From Klebsormidium nitens (taxonomy: Eukaryota > Plantae > Klebsormidiophyceae): DNA of 64,000 nucleotides. The DNA is taken from contig DF237108.1 of NCBI GenBank assembly GCA_000708835.1, forward strand, positions 100,668-164,667. The letters run 5' to 3'. Shown one piece after another: positions 45,193 to 57,100 of this stretch; position 1 is the stretch's first letter; each line of letters starts with the position of its first letter. The notes beneath the pieces are model-generated. The model saw only the letters and a list, made by a program, of their open reading frames with translations. It was not told where the DNA came from and did not search any database. The translations under genes were made by a program, and so were the position numbers.

Positions 45193-48100
45193 TCACATAT
45201 TAGCAGCAGCCATCCAGAAGTCAAAGTAGATCTGGTTGGGAACAGTGTTCGGGGCAGACCGGTAGACTTCCACCGCCACGATGTTTGTACCGGTCACGAG
45301 ACCCGTCTGGTTCTTCACATCCGCGCCGGCGGTCGATTGCGGAACCGGGGACTGCTCCCACGAAGCCGGCGGGGCGTAAGGAGCCTGCAAGCAGAGGTGG
45401 ACACGTGTCAGGATGACGTCAACACAAACCTGGCGACATCTGGCGGTCGGTTTCGAGACAGGGGATGGCTCTCACGGAGGCGGCGTGGCGGAAGGTGCAG
45501 ACAGAGGTGTGGACACTTCTGATGATGACGTCATCACAAAACGGGCGACGTCAACAGGGTTACTGGGCGGAGAGCTGGAGGCCGTCGAAGTCAGTGGCTA
45601 ATGCGAAACCCCTTTACGGGCAAGCAACGCGTGCCCGTAAGAAAGAAGAAGCGATCTGCCCTTTTCTAAGGATGAGTCGATGATGTGACAGCTGTCCCCG
45701 GTGAAGGGGCTTCGAGCGGGGACATTATCAGAAGACGGATTCTAAACTGCAAATTTTTTGTTGTAGTATCGTTCTCATCTGTATCCAATAAATAAACATT
45801 CGCCTCCGCTTCGGTGCCAAACGAAGAGAGATCTTCGAAAGGGAAAAAAGCACCACTGCTATCCTCCGTTTTCCAGGATATATTTGTCAGCGAAGCCGAA
45901 ACCTGCTTGTAGAGAATGCAGTGGTTTCCCTTAACGATGCGCGACGGGCGGTCTGCCAGAAGGCCCTCAAGGACTCAAACATATCTATCGCCGGAGAGGG
46001 GGAAGTCAATGTTCGTAAGAAGTAATACTCGAGAGGAATCTGTTTGATCTGCCGACGCTGAAATCAGAACCGTTCAAACTTCAAAGGCTAAAACGGGACA
46101 GAGCAAGGACGATCAACTAACGAAGCACTCTCGTGGCCAAGAGTGGAACTTTTCAAAGAAGAACGCCAGAACCAAGAGCAGGGGACCCAAGGGGATTTTG
46201 AACTCAGCGGAACGAGTGAGCAGCCCGGAATTCCGTGGAACGGAGTAAGCGGATAGGACCCGGGGTGACGGATCAACTGAACGAACCCGCTGAGCGGGCG
46301 CAGTACAGAGAAGGAACGAGTCGCTGTGCGAGAGATTGATTCCGGCCGATGTTTGTGCCTGGGTCTCTGGCCCAATCAGCGGCAAAACTTCCGTATGCAT
46401 TACAGTGCGCAGGAAAGATAAGACTTGCAGACTTGACTTGACCCCCGTACTTTCTGTTCATTCTGCTGATCAATTTTACGGAGTTCGAACGCCAGTCTTC
46501 TTTATTCGCCACGTCTTGTTGAACGAGCAAGTCGTCTCTGCCAGCAAGCTGTCTGTCCATGCACAACCTGCCGGCGAATACGATCACTGACTGATCTATC
46601 GAGATGCCTCCGCTACTTTTTTGGGCTTCGCTGCTTTACCAGATTCTGCCACGTTGTCTTCACCGGAACCCCGGAGGCGGAGCAGCCCTCACCTGGATGC
46701 TGTAAAGCAGGCCCGTTCCGTTTACCGCCAGCCACTGCGTCACCGCCGGAATTCCGTTCAGGTACACCCGGTACCCGTACTTCGCTTTGACGCCGACCGT
46801 CAGGTTGCGGTAACAGCTGGCATCGGTAACGGTGAAGCTTGTCCAGAGGTACAGCGTGTCGGGCTGGCCGGCAATTATGGTGGACGGTGCCAGATCGTCG
46901 TGCGGGACGACGCTGTAATGTGCGTCGTTGATTTGGACGTAGCCGGTCGCGAGGGGGGTCTGCCCGGAAAGAGCGCCTGCGACGGAAACGGAACACGTCT
47001 TGATCGCGGGGTAATTTCCATTTTCAAATACGAAGCTTCTGCGACGGAGTCGGACGTCGTCTTAATTGCAAGATTTTCTCGATTTTTAGAATCAGCTATT
47101 TTCTTTTTTGCAAGGGAACGGAACACATCTTGATTGCCAGGTAGTTTCCGTCCAAATAAGAGGTTCTTGTCCCTGCGAAGGGAACGGAAACACGTTTTGA
47201 TTGGAAGTTATCTCCGTTCTGAAGAAGAGGATTCTGTGAGAGGAATGGAGCACGTCTTGATTGTAAGGTAATTCCTGTGTTGATCAGGAAATCTGGTGTC
47301 TGCCTGCGAAGTGAATAAACACGTGTTGGTTGCGAGGCAATCTCCGATGATTTGAAGAGGTTTTTATTTTGTGTAGCTATTCAGGAGCAGACCAGCTGAC
47401 CGAGAAAAGGCCGCCGGGAGCATTCTCTGCGCGAACGAAGCGCATGTCCGAGTTGCAACGGGATTGTTAACAAGATCCGTGGAGCGTCTTCTGATTCAAC
47501 TTAGTTTCAAATTGATTGAGGAAGGAGCTAAGCCAAAAAGGTACAAGATGCTTGGACGTCACTCACTGAGAGCTTGTAGAAAAGAGGTCCGCAAAGTATC
47601 TTCTAATTCAACTTAGTGCGGGAGCAATCAAGAAAGGAGCTGAGCCAGAAGGCTACGAAAGCATGGAAAGCACTTACCAGATCTTTTGAAACCCTGAATG
47701 GAAAAGCGCACAGTGGCCCCAAGACACAATACCGCCAAAGCGCGATGCGAGAAACAAACCGGAATTTCAGGCATCCAAAACATAGGCAGTCCCCGCCAGA
47801 GCGCGAGCGAGAAACGACCAGATGCACACAAAAAGACCGAAGCATCAGACATCCGTGCAAAAGAAAGCTTTTGGAACGCTCCATCTACAGCTAAAAGCAT
47901 TCTACACGCACTAAGGAATCTCACCGTCCACTCCCGCGACACTTTGCGGGTATGGCGCCACCGGGGCGCGAGGCACGTACTGCCACGTGTCCCCAGACGC
48001 GACGAGCCCACACGTGGCGTTCTGAGCACACGTGCCGGGTTTGGTCGTCTGGAGCGTCGCGTTGATCAGCGGGAGTTCGTTCAGCGGTCTCAAGATGCCG

Positions 48101-51100
48101 AGGTTCGCCTCCAGAACCGAGTTGTTTCCCGCGTCGCAGTAAGTTGAAAGGAACGTGCCCTTGACGGAGTCGGTCGGAAGCTCGCAGTACCTGGGAACAA
48201 GGAGAAGTATGACCTCAGCATCCAACATTTGCCAACCCCTTCTCGTTAGATTTCCCCATTATACACCCACAGTCGCCTTTAGAACCGAGTTGTTTCCCGA
48301 GTCGCAGTAGTATACGACGAACGTGCTCTTGGTGGAATCGGTCGGAAGCTCGCAGTACCTGGAAGAGTGAGCGACGCGGTTAAATATGACCTCAGCGTTC
48401 GACATTTGCCAACCCTTCTCAATAGACCTCCCTTCATACACGCACAGTCGCCTTCCGAACCAAGCTGTTCCCCAAGTCGCAATAGTTCACAAGGAACGTG
48501 CTCTTGGTGGAATCGGTCGGAAGCTCGCAGTACCTGGGCAGAAAAGCCCGCCTTGAGCAAGCTGCATGCTTGAACGGCTTCTCCATGAAGGTATATGGAA
48601 CCTCTAAAGAACGCAACCAAAGAAAACGAAGATTCAGTCTTCGGCAGGCTCCCTTCGAATGAGGAACCGTCTAAAGATATAACGGCCCCATTTTGGGGAG
48701 TTTCTATTCAGGACGATACGATTGTTCCCTAAACCACTAGGAGTCGCAAGCGGGGATGGATGTGGTGAGAGAGTCAACTCGGGGGCAGATCGACTGCATT
48801 CCTGCGTGATGTTGCAATACAACTTGCAAATTAATTCAGAAAGCGAATGAACTGCATGATCGACATTACCGTTTTCCGTGAGATGTGCGATACAACTTGC
48901 ATACCCGGTTAGATCAAGAGGGTTGCATGAAAGCGAGCAACCGGAAAGGCTGCCCCGGTGCCCGCTACTTAAGGCGGTGCTCGACAATACTCCAACAACA
49001 AGCGGGCTTTGAATCTGCCCGGCACTTGACCTCTTCCCCTCAACTCAAAAGCACAATCTGCAAGTATGTCTGCACGGACTATGTCGCAAAGATGCAGGAA
49101 AGTTGCACGGAAACGCTCACTTGTAAAACGGAAAGGCCGCTCCGGTGCCCGGTACTTGATAGACGGTGCTCGTCGAGTTGGTGAGAATGCGCACTTTCGA
49201 CGACAGCCCGCAGTTTGCGCTGTCGTCTTGGAAGCCGAACCAGATCCAAGACGGGTCTACGAAAGGCTTCTTGCCGCCAATCTGCAAAGGAGGAATCTCT
49301 TCTTCGTGAGCTTATCTTTGGAGATATGCAGACTGGACAGACGGCGCGTGAAGATGCTACCTTCACAGAAGAAATGAGGCTGTTTACATGCTCCCACCCT
49401 GAAAGAGATACAGAAAATCCAAACCCCTCGGGGGAGCAGATTGTGTTTGGCGAGACAGTTTTATAAAGGTGAGCTGCGAACGAGAGCCTTTCGGTGTTTG
49501 GTTTGTTTTCTCCCGCCGTGGCCTGTTTCTTTGGAAAGGCCTTGTTTGGTCATTGCCCGTAGGAGTCCCCGCCCTCCGCAGAAATCTGGATGGAACCCCT
49601 CTCGGTCCAGAGTCTAGTTGACGCTATGCATTCCGGCCTGATTGGTAAGAGACCCGAAACAAACATCCTGACACGCAGCCAGGATACACCGTTTCCAATT
49701 CCTGTGCACATCCACTGACAGCAAGACGGTAAAACAATGTTCAAAGTTGTTCCAATTACTAGACAGTAACAGCGGCGGTTTTGCTATCGACCTGAATTCC
49801 CTTGCACCACACAAGTGAAGGTCCCATGTTTGCTCTCTAGGAAGCTGACTTTGCACAACCCATCCTTGAAAACGAGGATGTTTATATCATCCAACTGCTT
49901 TTATTCAATGGGTTTGCAAGTCAAACTCCGTTTCAATGAGCAACTCATACGTGTCAGGATCTGGGATCAATGATTGGTCCTTTCAGCATGCTCATCTCGG
50001 TATGCTCACTCTAACGTGATTGTCTGATAGAAAAACCGGCTTGCAAGGACTCCAAAGATTCAACGAGCGTCTCCTTTAGCGAGATTTTGTTCCTTGGACT
50101 CTATGCGCAAGCACTGATCGCCAATAATCAGCCGGGACTTCAAAAAGAAGCATTTGCCACGCTCGTCATTTCAAGGCCCAGCCCAGATTCGAGCAGGTTC
50201 CGATCAGCTCAATCCGAGCTTTCGCCCCCGTGCACGAAATACGATAACAGAAGCGTAGCCCGTGCTTTGATTGACGAGCCTGTGATTGAAAAGGACCTCC
50301 CCTTACCTTCTGAACGGTGTACGTGTATGCCGGCCCAACGATGAGGTTCGCCGAAAACGCGCGCCAAAAGTTGGGTCCAGAAATTAGGGTGCCAGAGGCC
50401 GAGGCTGACGTCCCCGTGAGTGTGATTGACACTCCGTCTGCAACCTGCCAGAGAACATTTAGTATTGTCAGGAGAGCGTTACGGGGACTTTCCAGGCAGA
50501 AAAGCGCCAAGATGATAGCCCGAGTTTTGATTCTGCGGGTCCGGAAATTAGGTTCAGCGACGACATCGAGATGAAAGGTGGCCGATGACTCCTTGAGATC
50601 GATTCACACTCCGTTTGCAGCCTGAACAGAAGACTTGGAAGTTTCAACGACGTGTTTTACGGACGTGTTTCACGGCCTTTACCTGCAGGGAATTACCGAC
50701 ACGGGAGCCCCAGATTGGTTTTGAAGGTCCGGAAGTTGGATCCGGCAATGATATTGAAATGACAATTAGCCGTTGTTCCCGTGAGCTTGATTGACACTCG
50801 GTCTGCAACCTGAAGAGATGATTTCAAACCGTCAGAAGAGCATATGGAAGGGTGTACAGTTACAAGAGCCCCAAAATATCTTAAACGCGGCCCGAAAAGC
50901 CGTTTGATGTCCCAGACGAAAGCTTGTTAAGTCCAAAATTTTGAAGGTATTGCGGGTCCGGACGTGGGGTTCCGGCATCGAAATCAACCTGACAAATGAT
51001 CAATGTGTCCTTGAGCAAACCTGACACTCCTTTGCGGCCTGAAGCAAAATCTGTTGTATTCAACAACGTAATGAGCTGGATTCATATGATTTTCACAATC

Positions 51101-54100
51101 AGCAAGGCCGCCTAATTTGCCGTTGTTTATACTGTCCCCCAGGGTTTGTTACGTGACTCCAGAGCAAGCAATCTGAAACCCAGTGTTCGTGCTCAAAATG
51201 GATTGCCGAGGCGTTACGGAGGACCAGACGCCGACTCTGAACGGCGCATCTGCTCACAATCGTTCGACTTGACCACTCTCTGTTATGATCTGTCGTCCGC
51301 TCTGGGCGTCGAAGCTCGAACGGACTGGACTCAGAATCGATTCTCAACCTTGAAAAGCAGAATGATTTATCTTAGAAAGGACTCCTTGGACGACAACTGT
51401 GCCAACAAACTGCACTCAGAATACGCATGCATTTTTGTTTGTGAGGTCTATGGGCGGCTCACAACCAGTATCCACCGCAAATCCACCGCCGATCGCTTCC
51501 ATAAACGAAAAGTCAGCAAGAAGTTCGAAACCAGACAAGAGTCTTCCAGGGCGACCTACCCGTGTTACGCGCAACGAGCTTCGAACGGAGGTATCCTTCC
51601 CGTCGAAGCCCGGCTCGTAGTAGTAGACCCAAAGCGTGCGATAGCACACCCCCCAACATCGGTACGCATTCCAAGTTGGCTCCGGAGCGCATACGGCTCT
51701 CGTATCGCTTTTCAGCGGCAGCATGTGCGAACTGTTCGACACCACAAAGCCGACCCCCCATTGGTCCGACCCGCTCTCGTTCGTGTTCCCGGCGGTGGAA
51801 GCTACGCCCACAAACATGTCTGCCGCGGTAACGGTGGCGGTAACGGTTCCCGCGGACTTGGTCAGAACTAGGCTGGTGGAGTTGGAGGACAGCGGGGAGG
51901 GCCCGATGAGGGAGCCGTCGGCATCTCGTATGGCGTGCATCCACCCCGCGTCGGCGTATGTGTAACCGAGGAAATTGTTCGCGGTGGCGTTCCAGGTTTC
52001 TGCTGGGTTGTAGAACACTGGGCGCGAGCAGTTGATCAGAGTGATGTTTTGGAAAGTATGCCCCGGGTTGAAAGCGGTGCCCGCTCCGAAGTCGGCGTTC
52101 GTCTGCACAGAGCCCGGAAGATGTGTATCAGGCGCATGACAGTTGTCGTGATTCGATGAGAGAGTGGAAACCTAATGGCTCGGCATTCGGCTGAAAAATG
52201 CGCGGAGGGGCTTGACGGTAAACGTAATTTGTAAGTGGAAGCCTGATGGCTCGGCGCTGGTCTACACAACACCGGAAAGGTGTAGATCAGGCGCTTGAGA
52301 GTGAACGTAATCTGCTGAAGAACGTGGAAGCCTGATGACTCGGTGACCACCAAGGATACTAAGCAAAAATAATGAATCCAGAAGGTCAGCTTTTGTACCA
52401 AAGCTCAAGCATTGTACAGGGGCACATGACTACCCACTTGGGCTCAAAAAACGAGCAAAACACACGTGTTCAATATAGACTCTACAGGGCTTTAGCATCC
52501 TTTTGATTAAGGTCACTCGTAAAGGAGCCAGGTTATTTACTATCCAAACAGGCCTTTTCTCGACAGCTTGTTTCCGGAGATGCTATTGGCAACAGGGCAA
52601 ACCAACCTTGGCAAGGCTAAACAGCAGTCGCTGCAGACGTTCTATTGAAAGGAAACGTCCATCAAGCGAGCGAAAAAGCAGCTCGATTGTGATCTTCTAC
52701 GATCGAAGCTCGAGCTTTAGGTAACGACGCCACCAAGTAATCAATGGCAAAGAAGCCCCTGCCCAACGCAAGTACGGCCCGAGTAGTCTGATGCATGATT
52801 GGCAACCAGGAAAGCTAAAAGTCCGCATCAACCAGAGAATGGCTGAGTGCTTGAAACTCTGACCACGTTAGCGCAGCATTGCTCAACCAGCTTAAGACCA
52901 TAATGCTTGCCATAACCATCTTAAAGGACTTGCATCTTACTTACTTATTTGTTTTTGGTTTACAAGACTTCACTCTTCTTTAAGAGGAAAGTGATTTTGA
53001 AAAACTTCTGTCTTTTGCTTCGTAATCCCTTTTATTCAATTCTTTTGAAAGATTATGAGTTGCAAAAAAAGCTTAAGATCCAAGCCCATAAAAGCATACT
53101 GCCTTCGTGATTCGATGCTTAACCTGAGTTCAAACTGCCACACTAACGTGGTCGACTTCGGGCGACGCGCGCCCTAACCCGATGATCTGATCTTCTTGGA
53201 ATTCAAGCTTGCAAGACGGCAGCTCTGCTTTGGGTTTTCATCTCAAAAGAAGTGTGCTGGAGAGGACTTACGCTGGTCACGGAATAGTCGACGTCGCAGC
53301 GGGGTGAGAACCCAATAAAGGTAACTCCCGACACGAGAACAGGGCCTCTGAGTAGGCCCTGGCCCGGAAGGGGAAGCGGGTAGCCTTCCTCTTTCAGTTG
53401 GAGCCCAATGACCCGACGCCTTCCATTCTCACCTTTCAGAAAGAGTGAAAGGATGTAGCGCTTGAATATAAGTGTCGAAAAAAAAAAAAAAACCTGGCCA
53501 AGAAAGCGTTCAAAGCACGTCTTTAAGGCAGCTTGTGTGGGAGCGGAGGCTTCGGCTGCAATCGCGGCCCTTGGAAGAAGCGTCAAAACAAAAGGTATGC
53601 ACCAAATTCGCAATTCGTACATAGCGACTGCAAATCTCAACCGGCGCCTAACAACAAAACCAACCACGCTGATGTTGTTTGGATTGGGTTTCTTAGAGCA
53701 CTAGGAGTCATTTTCCTTACGCGTAGCCTTGCGAATACGGATTGAATCTCCAGTACCCTTATTGCTTCTCCGTGGAGTGGAATGTTCGAGAAAACACTTA
53801 AAAGACAGGAAACAGATGGAAGAGGTGGAACGAGAGACAGGGGAGCAGCTCACTGAGATAGTGCGAGGAGGAAGGAGAATCAGGAGCTCTCTTAAGGCGA
53901 CTCTAACACATCCGGGGTCGTTTGTAAGAGGACGACATAGATCAGGGGTTCACGCGAAGCGCCTCCAACTCACCAGGATTGGGAATCGTGCGCACCCGGA
54001 AAGCCGGGTCAAGCGCGCCGGGAGCCGGCAGCGTGCAAGTATCCAGAGGAATGCAATCCGGGTAGGCCGTTATGTTGGTACACAACACAGGCGTCCCGAG

Positions 54101-57100
54101 GTTCTGGCTCTCGGCCACGACCAACGAGTCTAGGATCTGGAGGTTCCACCCGGTTGCGTGGACGCCGTAAGCGTTGTCGGCGATCGTGGCGTTTCGGAAG
54201 GAGACCCATTGCGAGTTGTGCGGGAAGACTCTGAAGGTGGGAAGGAATTGTGTCACTTACGATCTCAATATTGTTGGGAACCGTGGCGGTTTTATAGAGT
54301 TGTGCGGGAAGACTGAAGGTGGAAAGAGAACTAATACCACTTACGATTCTGAACTTTGTCTGCGAAGGTAACGTTTCGGAAGGAGACCCTTGCGAGTTGT
54401 GCGGAAAGACTCTGAAGGTATGAAAAAAGGATGTTTCAGTTACGAGTCTCAACACTGCCTGCGAATGTGGCGTTTCGCAAGGAGACCCATTGTGAGTTGT
54501 GCGGGAAGACTCTGAAGGTGAAAAAGGATCGAGTCGCAATACTGTCTGCGAACGTGGCGTTTCGAAAGGAGACCGACTGGAAATTGTGCGGAAAGACGCG
54601 GAGGCGACAGAAGAGATCCTGACTTACGAGTCTCAAAATGGTTTGCAAAGTGGCTTTTCGGAAGGAGACCCACTGCGAGTTGTTGCGAGAAGACGCTGTG
54701 GAGGTCAAATAGAACATCTGAGCACGAAGATAGAATGTTTATGCCACGTTCCTGCAGATTAAGCAAGACGAAACCAATCGGTGATAATCGACCGCCCAAA
54801 GGTCAGGGCTTTTGTATGTTAGAGAAGCGGTCGGCTGGGACTTCCGAGCATTTTGGGTTGCAGGTAGGTAAACTTTGGAGTTATGCAGAAGCCGCTGTTC
54901 AGAGTGGGATTACATTGCGACGGGGCTTCTGAATGTCCGGTCGACATGCTGACAGAGCGCTTTCAAAACTTCAATCTGTAATAATATCGAGGAGTATGTC
55001 GTGATGCCTAAGCAGGACCTTCACGTCCCGACGTTGCCGCTCCTTACAAACCGAAAGCAAAGCCGGCAGAGTATGACAATACTAACGTTCTGTGGCAGGA
55101 AGCTGAAATCAGAACAAAGACGGCGACCTTAGTGAAGGTACGACTTTACCAGTCTTGTCTGTTTCCCTTCTGGTCGTCCGGTCGCTCGAGAATGATTACA
55201 CCTGACTTCTTAGTCATGATGACAAGGTTTGAGCAATGCATCTCGATCCGAGACAAGCAACGTGGCGCCTGTTCGCAAGCCGACTGACAAGAGAGCAGCT
55301 TTCTTCTAGCTTCTGATCAAGACCGGCCTGAGCAACCGGAGCTCGCAATGAAAATGGAGTGGAAGCGTACCCACGCCATTACTGACACCCTAGCATTAAT
55401 TCCGCCTCGACTTTCACACCAGAATAGAAAACATAAAGGAGTGCCAGTGAAATTCCACCCGTCGCCTTACCCAATATAGTTCTTGTACGAATTCACCCCG
55501 GTTAGCCACGTGGGCACCGGGGTGGTGAGGTTAACCCCAGGCACGGGGTGGGTTACTACGGTTGGGTTAAAGCCCCGCTCGTAGGTCGTCACGCCTTGCG
55601 AGCAGGAATGCGCCGTGTTGTTCTCGAAGAGCTTGATCGGTATGTACCGGGGGCTGACGTCACTCGCCCCGGGCAAGCCCACACTAATGCCCCGGACGCG
55701 TCGCTCCAATTGGTACCTAATCGAACGGAGAACGTGGCGCTTGGTGGTGTTGCTGACGTAACTCGTCTCAAGCAATGCCTGTATGGTCCTCCAGATGTTC
55801 GAACGAACTTTCATGACCTGGTCTAAGAAGTGCAAACATGACTGAAATGCTGACGTCACCCGCCCTGGGCAAGCCCGCTCTGATCCTCCGGACTCTGCGC
55901 TCCAACTGGTACCTGGTCAGACAGGGAAGGTAGTTTTGATGATAATGCTGACGTCATTCCTCTCAAGCAATGCGTGTATGACCCTCACGACTGCCAGTGA
56001 TATTATATTCTGGACGGAGAAGGTGCAATTTAAGTCCGCAAGTGCTGACGTCATCCATCTTCTGCGAGCCCTGCCAATAGCACAGACCCTTTGATCAACT
56101 TGGTGCCTGGCTCAAAAGAAAGTGTACTGCGGTGAAAGTGCTGACGTCACCCGCCTTGCAGAGGCCCTACCTTGTGTCCCGGCCTGCTGACGAATGTAAC
56201 CTCTGTACGGCTCTTGGGAACCAAAACGCTTAGAAACGCTCAACATACCGGTTGAAAAGCACGCTGGGACTTAGGTAATGAAAGTCAATCCGAGATCGGC
56301 TAGCAGTCTCTGCCTTGGCGACTGATCAAAAGGCGGAGCCAATCGAGGCCCCCGTGGCGACACTTGCCAGTTCTTTGCATTTCAGGACTCCCTTTGGAAC
56401 TCTAAGTAAAAGAAAGCTCAGAGGCGCCGCAGATTATCCCACAACAGTCGACTATCTTGGCGACTCACCAAACACCGGAGCCGATCCAGCCCCCCGCGGC
56501 TATTCCCCGGGGTCTTATTCGCCTTTCTGGGGGAATTCAGGATCTCACAAGAATCCGAGAAGCTCCGCAAATCATAAAAGTCGCCTAGAGAACAGTCAAC
56601 GAGCTCTTGGCTTCTCACCAAAAGCCGGAGCCGCTCGAGCCGCCTGCGGCATTATTCACCAGCGTGTTGTTTGCGTTCGCCATCCAGAACAGTCCGGGGG
56701 TGTTGTCCGTATTCGGCGGATCGGTGAACTGGGGGGGAATCAGGACCTTGGCTGGGTAGCCGGCCGCGGCGAGGTTGTGCGAGAAGGTGTTGTTAACCTC
56801 GACTCCGTCTTCCGTCATGTAACAGTGGCCCGTCGAGTTGAAGGCGACGTTTTCTTCGATAAGCAGGTCGTCTGTGCCGTGGACGACCTGCAACAAAGGG
56901 TGGGCTGCCTTCGTAAGATGCTAAACTGATTTCGCTGCTCAAGGGCTACGAAATCTGCGTCACCAAATATAACGAAACAGTGGCCTGTCGTCAGGAAATG
57001 GAACAATTTTGTTCGACACGGAGGTCGGTTGTGCGATGCACCACCTGCCTGAGAGAACGTGACATTGAAGTTAAGGCTAACGTGTCTTCGCACAGAATCG

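Noticed and set aside
48260-48545. Echo copies as mutually exclusive cassette exons
   Set aside because: The plausible donors (ACT|gtgcgt, ACT|gtgggt) are phase 0 and would not restore frame with either the real exon or the next one. In-frame stops follow.
54185-56180. Regular repeat-spacer-like arrays resembling CRISPR
   Set aside because: The repeats are copies of adjacent eukaryotic exon junctions, are degenerate, have homologous spacers, and there are no cas genes.
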